From: a candidate division WWE3 bacterium GW2011_GWC2_44_9
Lineage (GTDB): Bacteria; Patescibacteriota; WWE3; UBA101185; UBA10185
NCBI GenBank assembly: GCA_000994815.1
Contig: LCJU01000003.1
Coordinates: 1 to 33,745, forward strand
Direction of reading: 5' to 3'
Length of the DNA stretch: 33,745 nucleotides
Shown here: one piece after another, positions 1 to 7,527 of the stretch
How the letters are laid out: each line of letters opens with the position of its first letter
How positions within the stretch are numbered: position 1 is the first letter of the stretch
Made by a program: the position numbers and the translations under genes
Notes under the pieces: model-generated
What the model was told of the DNA's origin: nothing
Databases searched by the model: none
What the model saw: only the letters and a program-made list of their open reading frames with translations

Positions 1-1
1 T

Positions 2-1195
2 GACGCGACCCCACAGGGAAAATTTATGTTGAATATCGCTTTTGGGCAGTCAAAATACTATATTGATAATCTTTCAGAGAATGTAAAAAGAGGTTTGCGT
101 CAAAAAGTCAGACGAGGCGAACAATCGGGCGTGGCAATAACCGGCTATCTCAACGACAAAGTGAACCACAAAATAATTCCCGACCCGGAAAGATTTCCGC
201 TTGTCAGAAAAATGTTTGAACTTTACGCCACCGGCGAATATTCTCTGAAAGATTTAAGAGATAAAATGACTTCTTTGGGCTTGATTAGCCGAAACGGCAA
301 AGTTTTTACCATTTCCAATATCCAGATGTTTTTGAAAAATCCGTTTTACTACGGGGCTTTTGTTTTCAACGGCGAACTTCATCAGGGAAGTCATAAGCCA
401 GCGATTGCCAAGAAACTCTTTGATAAATGCCAAGAAGTTATGGCGCAAAAAGCCCACAAAGTAAAGCGAGGTCAAATAGAATATGCTTTTCGCTCGCTTT
501 TGAAATGCGGCGAGTGCGGCTGTTCCATAACTTCGGAAACGCACAAAGGACACAATTATTACCGATGCACCAAAAAGAAAAACAACTGCTCGCAAAAATA
601 CATTCGTGAGGAACTTTTGGCCGAGCAGATTTCAAACATTATTCAAAAAGTTTCTTTGCCTTCGGCTTGGACAAAAAAGATGATTACGGGATTGGACAAA
701 GAAAAAGAGGAAAATGTCCAAGCCGAAATAACTTTCGCTCAAAATCTAAAATCTCAAATTGCGGAACATGAGGAAACTTTGGACAAGCTTTTAGACCTTC
801 AATTATCGGGCGTGATTTCCACTGAAGAATACGCCGCCAAAAAACAAAAAATTTTCAATCTAAAAATTGAGATTTCCGAAAAATTGAAGGATTTTGAGCG
901 AAAGGGCAATCGCTGGCTCGAACTTTGCCGGAACTTCATTTTAACGGCTAATCAAGCACAAATTGCCGCTTTGCAGGGAAATTTTTCCGAAAAGAAAAAT
1001 TTCCTGAAAAAGATTGGCTCGAACCCGCTCCTGCGGGAGCGGCTGGTTTTTGTAGAATACAAAAACCCTTGGAAATTGCTTGAAAATTCGTCCGCCGAAG
1101 CGAGGGGCCCCGCACAACAGCAAGCTGTATGCGGGATAAACTCCGCCCCGAGCGAGGCGGAAAACGCAAACTTTACAAACTGGCTGGGGAGCTAG
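2..1195 (+). CDS. Large serine recombinase, C-terminal part (5' end lies beyond the window)
   Basis: The frame is open from the window edge, with no in-frame stop before the listed Met at 26. After the end of a resolvase-type catalytic domain come the recombinase-domain stretch GKFMLNIAFGQSKYYIDNLSENVKRG, a Cys-rich zinc ribbon (CGECGCSITSETHKGHNYYRCTKKKNNC) and a long coiled-coil. The last 15 nt overlap the 3' end of tRNA-Gln on the other strand. Confidence 0.85.
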   Translation, partial: DATPQGKFMLNIAFGQSKYYIDNLSENVKRGLRQKVRRGEQSGVAITGYLNDKVNHKIIPDPERFPLVRKMFELYATGEYSLKDLRDKMTSLGLISRNGKVFTISNIQMFLKNPFYYGAFVFNGELHQGSHKPAIAKKLFDKCQEVMAQKAHKVKRGQIEYAFRSLLKCGECGCSITSETHKGHNYYRCTKKKNNCSQKYIREELLAEQISNIIQKVSLPSAWTKKMITGLDKEKEENVQAEITFAQNLKSQIAEHEETLDKLLDLQLSGVISTEEYAAKKQKIFNLKIEISEKLKDFERKGNRWLELCRNFILTANQAQIAALQGNFSEKKNFLKKIGSNPLLRERLVFVEYKNPWKLLENSSAEARGPAQQQAVCGINSAPSEAENANFTNWLGS

Positions 1196-1255
1196 GATTC
1201 GAACCTAGAGTCTTCGCGTCCAGAGCGCGACGTGCTGCCGTTACACCACTCCCCA
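1181..1255 (-). tRNA. tRNA-Gln (anticodon CTG), 75 nt with encoded CCA
   Basis: Hand-folded cloverleaf of the reverse complement. Acceptor stem TGGGGAG/CTCCCCA, D arm GTGT-AACGGCA-GCAC, anticodon stem TCGCG/CGCGA with loop CTCTGGA (anticodon CTG). 5-nt variable loop, T arm CTAGG-TTCGAAT-CCTAG, discriminator G plus CCA. The UGGGG...CCCCAGCCA ends are typical of bacterial tRNA-Gln. Confidence 0.92.
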
Positions 1256-1313
1256 CCGTTGCATCGGCTTGCCGAAGTATTCTACCGCACTTTATCCAAA
1301 GCCAAAAGTCGTA

Positions 1314-1319
1314 TAGAAT
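1314..1319 (+). promoter_or_regulatory. -10-like hexamer TAGAAT exactly 6 nt upstream of the ATG at 1326 (candidate leaderless promoter)
   Basis: Sequence gtaTAGAATgtacctATG. No Shine-Dalgarno is possible in the 6-nt gap. The same geometry recurs at five other operon heads. Confidence 0.45.
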
Positions 1320-1325
1320 GTACCT

Positions 1326-1910
1326 ATGATACAAAATACAACAAAAAACAGTCCCCAGGCTAAACATAAGGAACAGCGCGTTGGGGTGTTTGTGGATGTT
1401 CAAAACATGTACTACTCTGCTAAAAATCTCTACACTGCCAAGGTTGACTTTAGCCGCGTACTAAAAGAGGCGGTTTCGGGCAGGCGGTTGATACGGGCCT
1501 TTGCCTACGTTATCAAAGCCGACGTAGGAGCAGAAAAAGAATTCCACGAAGCCCTTTCGGCCCAAGGCTTTGAAGTTAGAATTAAAGAGCTCCAAGTATT
1601 CTACGGCGGAGCAAAAAAAGGCGACTGGGATGTAGGGCTGTGCATGGACGCCGTGCGATTAATGCCAAAAATTGATGTGATGGTGCTGGTGTCCGGAGAC
1701 GGCGATTATGCAGACTTAATTGAATACGCTCGAAGTCAGGGTGTAAGAACGGAAGCTATGGCCTTTGAGAAAACCGCCTCGGGCAAGCTTATAGAAATGG
1801 TTGACTCATTCACCAACATGGGTGAGGAGCCACGCAAGTTCCTTATAGCCCAAAGAGGTTTTGCCCAAAGAACACCAGGAGCGGATTACCAAACGCCAAC
1901 AATTGCCTAA
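1326..1910 (+). CDS. NYN/LabA-like domain protein (predicted RNase-fold)
   Basis: VGVFVDVQNMYYS at the N-terminus and VLVSGDGDYADLIEYARSQG match the LabA/NYN (PIN-like) acidic-residue pattern. Length is 194 aa. Confidence 0.75.
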   Translation: MIQNTTKNSPQAKHKEQRVGVFVDVQNMYYSAKNLYTAKVDFSRVLKEAVSGRRLIRAFAYVIKADVGAEKEFHEALSAQGFEVRIKELQVFYGGAKKGDWDVGLCMDAVRLMPKIDVMVLVSGDGDYADLIEYARSQGVRTEAMAFEKTASGKLIEMVDSFTNMGEEPRKFLIAQRGFAQRTPGADYQTPTIA

Positions 1911-1937
1911 ACCAGGCGGCTGGCCAGTTACTGTACG

Positions 1938-3707
1938 GTGACTGGCTGGGAACAAAACGTGACAAAAAAACTAGCAACACTTATAGGAAAAATCGCCCGG
2001 TTTGCTTTATACCCGCTAGCTGTAGTACTAGTTGTCTCCGCAACTTATCACTTGTATTTTGCGAACAAAATAATCCCCGGGGTAGTGCTGGGTGGTGTAA
2101 AAGTAGGCGGCTTAACCTTGGACCAGGCCGTTAGCAAAACAAAACAACAAGAGTTGGCAACAAAAAAAGAGTTCACCTTGTGGGACCAAAACGGCAAAAA
2201 CTATTCCATTAATCTAGCAGAAATAGACTTGGCATACGACTGGGACCTAGGCGTTAGAAGGGCGTTTGAAGTAGGCAGAACAGGCAACTTTATCACTGAC
2301 ACAAAAGACAAGCTTGCCGGCTTTGTTAAAATCTTGAGCGTGCCTGCCAAGTACACCTACAACAAAGACTTGCTAGGTGGCCAAATTGCCCAGATAAGAA
2401 GCGCAATCAACATACCATCCATAAGCGCGGGCATAAGTCTAGCTAAAGAAGGAAAGCTGGAAATAACCCCCGAAGTGTACGGCAAAAGTCTGGATGAGAA
2501 AGCGCTATACGATACCATAAGAATCTGCTTGGACAATATGGACCGAACCGACAAAACCCTGGCGGTTGAGGATGACAACCCGCAATACACAAAAAAGGAC
2601 CTTGAAGGTATTATTAACCAGGCCCAGAACATTATCTCGCGCCCTATAGAATTAAGTTATCAAACAAACCGGTATGTTTTACAGGCAGAAGACTTGGTCA
2701 ACCTCATACGGATAGGCAGTTCAAACGGCAAAGCTGAAATAAATATTGACAAAACAGCATTTGAGAACCTGCACACAAAAATAGCCAGCGATTTAAATAA
2801 ACTCCCGCTCGGTCAAGTAGTAAAGGAACAAGATGGCAGGGTACTGGAATTCAAAATTATCCAAAACGGGCTGGAAATAGATAGAGGCAAAATGTACACC
2901 CGGTTTAAACAAGCGTTTTTTGGCACGGAAAAAAGCTTTGCCATTCCGGTAAAGGAGATACAGTCGTCAAAAAACGGCACGGAATACGGCATCTTTACCC
3001 TTTTGGGCAGGGGGATTAGCAAGTTCACCGGATCCGCGCAGGGGAGAATAACAAATCTAGCTCTAGCCGCGCAGAGAACAAACGGGGTCTTAGTGGCGCC
3101 AGGGAAAGAATATTCGTTTAATCAGGCCATCGGGGAAATAAGCGGCAAAACAGGCTACGCCACTGCCTATATTATTGCGCAAGGCCGCACCGTATTAGGT
3201 GAGGGCGGCGGGGTGTGTCAAACATCTACAACACTATTTAGAGCTGTTCTTGCCGCCGGTTTGCCAATTACTTCCCGGCATCCACATGCCTACCGAGTTG
3301 GGTATTACGAACTTGAGTCGCCTGTTGGCTTTGACGCCAGCGTTTATCAGCCCTCGCTTGACTTCAAGTTCGTTAATGACACCTCCGGTTATATTCTGAT
3401 CCAAGCTGCAACCGACACAACCACCAACACGTTAACATTTGACATATACGGCACGCCTGACGGTAGAAAAGTTGAGATTTCAGAACCCAAGTTGTATAAC
3501 GTTTACGCTCCGCCCGCGGCGCTTTATCAGGACGATCCAACATTGCCAAAGGGCGTAGTGAAACAAATAGACTTTTCTGCTCCGGGGGGAACCGCAGAGT
3601 TTACCCGCAAAGTTACTAGAGGAGATGAGTTACTGTTTGAAGACACATATAAAAGCGTGTACCGACCGTGGCGAGCGATTTTCCTGGTAGGAACAAAAAC
3701 AAACTAA
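1938..3707 (+). CDS. VanW-domain protein with N-terminal membrane anchor
   Basis: N-terminal TM helix (FALYPLAVVLVVSATYHLYF). VanW core motif YSFNQAIGEIS...GGGVCQTSTTLFRAVLAAGLPITSRHPHAYRVGYY...GFDASVY...DFKFVNDT. The start codon is uncertain: GTG at 1938 or the downstream GTG at 1958. Confidence 0.8.
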   Translation: MTGWEQNVTKKLATLIGKIARFALYPLAVVLVVSATYHLYFANKIIPGVVLGGVKVGGLTLDQAVSKTKQQELATKKEFTLWDQNGKNYSINLAEIDLAYDWDLGVRRAFEVGRTGNFITDTKDKLAGFVKILSVPAKYTYNKDLLGGQIAQIRSAINIPSISAGISLAKEGKLEITPEVYGKSLDEKALYDTIRICLDNMDRTDKTLAVEDDNPQYTKKDLEGIINQAQNIISRPIELSYQTNRYVLQAEDLVNLIRIGSSNGKAEINIDKTAFENLHTKIASDLNKLPLGQVVKEQDGRVLEFKIIQNGLEIDRGKMYTRFKQAFFGTEKSFAIPVKEIQSSKNGTEYGIFTLLGRGISKFTGSAQGRITNLALAAQRTNGVLVAPGKEYSFNQAIGEISGKTGYATAYIIAQGRTVLGEGGGVCQTSTTLFRAVLAAGLPITSRHPHAYRVGYYELESPVGFDASVYQPSLDFKFVNDTSGYILIQAATDTTTNTLTFDIYGTPDGRKVEISEPKLYNVYAPPAALYQDDPTLPKGVVKQIDFSAPGGTAEFTRKVTRGDELLFEDTYKSVYRPWRAIFLVGTKTN

Positions 3708-4144
3708 TCAAAAAAGGAGATAGAAAACGCTGTGTTGCCGCCATCCTCTGATGACAGAACGTTAATCTCTATTCTTTCCTGATCTCGAGTAAATACAATA
3801 GAGTTAAAGTCAACATTTTCGGATTTTACCCTCCAACCTTTAGAAACCAGAACGCTCTTGAAGAACTTAATAACTTCCTGGGCCGTTTTTGAAGAAGACG
3901 CTGTTATTTGGGATAAACCATCACTTGTGCCTCTACCAACCTCCGTAGAATCCACAGGCAGAGGTATAGTATCAAGATAGTTGCCGCTTTTCTTTGAGGC
4001 CACCCCCTGCACTTGCTCTAGAAGCTCGGGACGATATGTAGAAAAAAGATAATAGGAAAGACCTGAAACAAAGACCAAAGCAAGAAGCGCAGAAAAAACC
4101 TTGTTAATGGGTTTCATAAACTCCTTGATTATATCAGCAATCAC
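3704..4144 (-). CDS. Hypothetical membrane-anchored protein
   Basis: Single N-terminal TM helix (VFSALLALVFVSGLSYYLF) followed by a roughly 100-aa soluble domain; no motif recognised. The likely true start is the ATG at 4117 (MKPINK), preceded by AAGGAG. The 3' end overlaps the VanW gene by 4 nt (convergent). Confidence 0.55.
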   Translation of the reverse strand: MIADIIKEFMKPINKVFSALLALVFVSGLSYYLFSTYRPELLEQVQGVASKKSGNYLDTIPLPVDSTEVGRGTSDGLSQITASSSKTAQEVIKFFKSVLVSKGWRVKSENVDFNSIVFTRDQERIEINVLSSEDGGNTAFSISFFD

Positions 4145-4194
4145 CAGTTTACGCAGGAGGTTGCTGTAATCCTCGCTACGCTCGAATTATAACA

Positions 4195-4223
4195 TTTACA
4201 CAAAAATGGTGCGCTGGTAGAAT
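4195..4223 (+). promoter_or_regulatory. Sigma70-like promoter for tsaD: TTTACA, 17-nt spacer, TGgTAGAAT, with the ATG 6 nt downstream (leaderless geometry)
   Basis: -35 TTTACA at 4195-4200, 17-nt spacer, extended -10 TG at 4215-4216, -10 TAGAAT at 4218-4223, ATG at 4230. Confidence 0.5.
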
Positions 4224-4229
4224 CCCACC

Positions 4230-5247
4230 ATGCTAATAATGGCTATCGAAACCAGTTGTGACGAAACTGCTTGTGCGGTTGTGGAAGACGGTGTTAAAGA
4301 GATAGCAACGGCTATTGCCACTTCAGCAGAGCTGCACCAAAAAACCGGGGGCATCGTGCCGGAAGTAGCGGCGCGCAAGCAAGTCGAATATATAACTCCT
4401 GTCATAGAACTTTGCATGAAGAAAGCTGCTGATCACCTGCGCATCGACACTGAGAATGTGAAAAACCACATAGATGCACTTGCGGTAACAGTTGGGCCCG
4501 GTCTGATAGGTTCATTACTAGTGGGGGTGGAAGCGGCAAAAACACTAGCGCTTGCATGGAGCAAACCGCTAATACCTGTAAACCATCTAGTAGGACACAT
4601 TTATGCTAATTTTTTACTTCAAGAAGGTATAAAGCCCCCAGTGCTGCCTGCTGTAGCCCTTGTGGTAAGCGGGGGACACACGGATATTATTCTGTTAAAA
4701 GATCACGGCAGGCTGGAATATCTGGGCGGAACACTAGACGATGCCGCCGGAGAGTCTTTTGATAAAGTAGCTCGACTGCTAAATATGGGCTCCTATCTTG
4801 GTGGGTCGGCGCTTGCTAAAAACGCCGACCTCTATACCGGCCCCAACCTTCCAGAAAAATTGCCAAGAGCCCTGCTGCATGAAACCACTTACAATTTCTC
4901 TTTTTCCGGACTAAAAACTGCTGTAAAAAGGCTGGTAGACAAAAACATGTATGAACACTCCGCCATAGCCAAAGAATTCCAAGAAGCGGTTATTGAGGTG
5001 TTGGTGAACAAAACGCTGAAAGCGGTGCAAGCAACCGGGGTAACCACACTACTTCTTGGTGGTGGGGTTTCGGCAAACAACAAACGAGATCCCCGAGCTT
5101 AAGATTAGTCTCCCACCGTTAAGACTGTGCTCCGACAACGCTATTTATATCGCGTCAGCCGGATACTTTAACCAAGGATATATGCTCTTGCGCACCCAAG
5201 ATCTGCATAAGATTAACCCAAACCCAGCGCTTGCCATTACCGACTAA
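4230..5247 (+). pseudogene. tsaD: tRNA N6-threonylcarbamoyladenosine synthesis protein TsaD (Kae1/Gcp family), interrupted by a +1 frameshift near 5073-5099
   Basis: The N-terminus MAIETSCDETACAVV and GPGLIGSLLVG are typical of TsaD. Frame 0 stops at 5100-5102 just after GGGVSANNK. The conserved C-terminus LPPLRLCSDNAIYIASAGY continues in the +1 frame (ORF 5056-5247). Confidence 0.8.
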
Positions 5248-5277
5248 CTAAAAGCAGTCCAGCAAAGCAAACAAAAA

Positions 5278-5300
5278 GCGGGGGCTTGAAAAGCCCCCGC
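5278..5300. terminator. Bidirectional intrinsic terminator between tsaD and the major pilin gene
   Basis: Perfect 10-bp stem GCGGGGGCTT/AAGCCCCCGC with a 3-nt loop. It is flanked by an A-run (5273-5277) on one side and ATCTTTT (5301-5307) on the other. Confidence 0.8.
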
Positions 5301-5322
5301 ATCTTTTACCCATGGGTAAAAC

Positions 5323-5790
5323 CTATCTCATTACTGAAAGTGGTGTTGTGATAGGAGCCTCGGTTGCTGTAGCAACAACCGTGATTCTGTTATCAGCTAC
5401 ACTTCTGGAGATAGTGTAGTTTGTATCCCACGTACCACCGCAGGTAGCCTCCTGTACAGGAATACCGTTATTCGTCAACGGATCGACTGGCAAGGCGGCG
5501 ATATACTCTGTAACCAAAGCGTTACAAAGTCCGGCAAAACCGTTAGTGCTGTTGATAACAGTTGCAGTGTCGGTTATTCCTAGGGCAGTTATATTGCCCT
5601 TATTATCCGCTGCATACTGATGTACCGCATTAAGCAGCGCATTTATATCGCTGGCTCTCTTGGTGTTGTTAGCCTGTGCAAATTGTCTTGCTGGGTTAAT
5701 AGCAACCAAAACTATGGCAAGTAACACTGCCAAAATACCAATAACAACTAAAAGCTCGATAAGAGTGAAACCTGAGTTCCTTTTACTCAT
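5323..5790 (-). CDS. Type IV major pilin (prepilin with class III signal peptide)
   Basis: MSKRNSG|FTLIELLVVIGILAVLLAIV: canonical G/FTLIE cleavage motif with Glu at +5. Length 155 aa. It has its own promoter, a G-rich SD (GAGGGGGTGG) and a terminator. Confidence 0.88.
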   Translation of the reverse strand: MSKRNSGFTLIELLVVIGILAVLLAIVLVAINPARQFAQANNTKRASDINALLNAVHQYAADNKGNITALGITDTATVINSTNGFAGLCNALVTEYIAALPVDPLTNNGIPVQEATCGGTWDTNYTISRSVADNRITVVATATEAPITTPLSVMR

Positions 5791-5862
5791 ACTGTTTCCA
5801 CCCCCTCTCTAAGCCCACTACTTAAGTCTCCAATATGTTGGGGCAGTATCATATCTCGTATG

Positions 5863-5892
5863 ATTATGCTTCACTGTGCATCAGAATGTCAA
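5863..5892 (-). promoter_or_regulatory. Strong sigma70-like promoter for the major pilin gene
   Basis: On the minus strand: TTGACA (5892-5887), 18-nt spacer, CATAAT (5868-5863). The -35 overlaps the stop codon of the upstream gene. Confidence 0.5.
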
Positions 5893-6593
5893 GCGTTTCT
5901 AAAATAGTTTAGATATAAAACAACGCCCAGTATTAATATTAGAGTGCTAAAAAGCACTATCATTATTTTTAGATTTCTTGTGTTTTTGGGCGCGTTTCTA
6001 GAGATAAAGGACTCGGGGACAAACCGTCTTTCAAAGTCGCTTAGAAAATTGAATTTCTTATAGTCGTCAAGGTTTTTTATGATTTGATCTATTTTAATGT
6101 CTTCCAGCGCCTTTATACCTACAAGGGAAGCCGGCAAAAGCGCCAGCACCCGCATGTATCTTTTTTCCAAAAATTCCAGCAGGAGATCATAGCAATCACG
6201 ACTCAAGACCACTACGCGTTTGGCGGAGTCGTCAACAATAACCCTGCTCACGCTCTGCTCAAACGGAATAGCGTCCAAAAACATTTTAATTTGATCATCC
6301 TCTTCCTTCCCTTGGGTAAGACTTTGGACCGCGTATTCAAAATAAACGTCGCTACTTAGAACAATCACTAGGTCGCAGGGGGCTATTTTGGAATTATCCA
6401 GCCAATAACTTAAAGCCTGAACGAATTTTTCCCCCGACACAATTTCCATATCCTTCATCACGTCCTCACCCAAAGTTAGCACTATCGGTTTAGGGGCGTT
6501 CTTTTGAAACAGGCCTCTTTGAAGAAAGGTAAAGGAGTCCCTATTTACATAAAGAAGGTTTTTCTGCCTTTTTGCTCTGCCTTTAAAAATCAT
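5889..6593 (-). CDS. Putative pilus assembly protein (PilM-like half with a C-terminal PilN-like TM anchor)
   Basis: Sits in the pilus operon, with start and stop overlapping its neighbours. Has a C-terminal TM helix (IMIVLFSTLILILGVVLYL). The central region loosely resembles the PilM pattern (IPFEQ...VVVLSRDCYDLLLEFLEKRYMRVLALLPASL). The assignment is weak. Confidence 0.35.
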   Translation of the reverse strand: MIFKGRAKRQKNLLYVNRDSFTFLQRGLFQKNAPKPIVLTLGEDVMKDMEIVSGEKFVQALSYWLDNSKIAPCDLVIVLSSDVYFEYAVQSLTQGKEEDDQIKMFLDAIPFEQSVSRVIVDDSAKRVVVLSRDCYDLLLEFLEKRYMRVLALLPASLVGIKALEDIKIDQIIKNLDDYKKFNFLSDFERRFVPESFISRNAPKNTRNLKIMIVLFSTLILILGVVLYLNYFRNA

Positions 6594-6994
6594 AAGCTCT
6601 CGCTCCAGCTTAACAAACTTAGCTCCATGTTTTCAATGCTGGCGGTTGCCACAACGGACCTGGTGAACCCATTATATATCGCCTTGGAATTAATTGTGGA
6701 AACACCTGCATTAGTTGACACAGTCACTATAACTTCGGCAGAATCAACACTAAATGTTCCGCCAGTATAAGATGGGTCTCTAAGTAAATTTAACAGCGCC
6801 TCCTCCACACCTGATTCGGCAAAGCTCAAACAGTTTAGACTTTCAATGTTCTTCATGGAGTTTTGCAGGTTGATAATGGTTAATATTGCAGAAAGAGCAA
6901 TGACACTCAAACCAAATGCCACAAAAACAATAACGGATGTTAGTATTTGGCCCCCTGATTTTTGCAAAGCCTTTTTTGGCAGAGATTGTGTCAT
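6590..6994 (-). CDS. PilX-like minor pilin / pilus assembly protein
   Basis: N-terminal hydrophobic helix after KSGGQILTSVIVFVAFGL, without Glu at +5, followed by SFAESGVEEALLNL. This is typical of the PilX N-terminal domain. ATGA overlaps occur at both ends. Confidence 0.5.
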   Translation of the reverse strand: MTQSLPKKALQKSGGQILTSVIVFVAFGLSVIALSAILTIINLQNSMKNIESLNCLSFAESGVEEALLNLLRDPSYTGGTFSVDSAEVIVTVSTNAGVSTINSKAIYNGFTRSVVATASIENMELSLLSWSESL

Positions 6995-7527
6995 CTTAAA
7001 CCCCCCGCAATGCGAAAGTCTGAACTTTCTACTTTTTCTATACCCTCTGTGTCGCTAGCTACGGTAAAAGAAGCCGTGATTACATGCTTTCCTCCAGCAT
7101 TGCCGTAACGGGAAAATGCCGCATTTGAGACTCTAGTGTCAACGGAGTTAACCGCGTAGTCGCCGGAGCCGTCGTTAAGATACAAGATACCATCCAAAAT
7201 GTACACTCGCAGCTGCACTCCGTTAACCACCGCTTCAAGGCTGTTTGTGCTATCGCCCAAAGACGCCGGTGTATTAACAGTCTGCGCATTATTGACAATG
7301 TATCTAATCTTATTAGTAATAAATCTGCCATTGCTCTGAACAATCGAAAAGCTGGTTACATCAACGCTTTCCTTTAAAATACCTACAAACAGTTCACCTA
7401 AAACGGCAAGCATGATAGCCGAAATACCTAAATAGATTAGAAGTTCTACAATAGTAATGCCTGCGGTAATGCCTGCGGTAATGCCTGCGGTAATGCCTGC
7501 GGTGTTTTTCCGCGCGTTTTTGCTCAT
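6991..7527 (-). CDS. Prepilin-type minor pilin with a (TAGI)x4 repeat in the leader
   Basis: MSKNARKN-TAGITAGITAGITAGI-TIVELLIYLGISAIMLAVL. The final Gly gives G|ITIVE with Glu at +5. Confidence 0.7.
   Translation of the reverse strand: MSKNARKNTAGITAGITAGITAGITIVELLIYLGISAIMLAVLGELFVGILKESVDVTSFSIVQSNGRFITNKIRYIVNNAQTVNTPASLGDSTNSLEAVVNGVQLRVYILDGILYLNDGSGDYAVNSVDTRVSNAAFSRYGNAGGKHVITASFTVASDTEGIEKVESSDFRIAGGLR
7454..7503 (-). repeat. Perfect 12-nt tandem repeat x4 (coding strand ACCGCAGGCATT) inside the prepilin leader
   Basis: The plus strand reads GTAATGCCTGCG four times, from 7454 to 7501, plus a partial copy. Confidence 0.95.

Noticed and set aside
1142-1161. Hairpin TCCGCC-8 nt-GGCGGA downstream of tRNA-Gln, considered as a tRNA terminator or att-related structure.
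   Set aside because: The 6-bp stem is short, there is no clean T-tract, and it lies inside the recombinase ORF. The evidence is insufficient.
254-1169. Several 60-113-aa ORFs overlapping or antisense to the recombinase gene (254-595, 427-609, 438-635, 941-1123, 948-1169).
   Set aside because: They lie entirely within a well-supported longer CDS, have no recognisable motifs and are low-complexity or Arg/Ser-rich. They look like typical shadow ORFs.
5073-5099. Programmed +1 frameshifting in tsaD.
   Set aside because: No recognisable slippery heptamer, stimulatory hairpin or upstream SD-like element. A simple indel, whether an error or decay, is the more economical explanation.
7454-7503. The 12-nt tandem repeat considered as a CRISPR-like or regulatory repeat array.
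   Set aside because: The copies are contiguous with no spacers, in frame, and inside a CDS. It is a coding microsatellite. No CRISPR array exists anywhere in the window.
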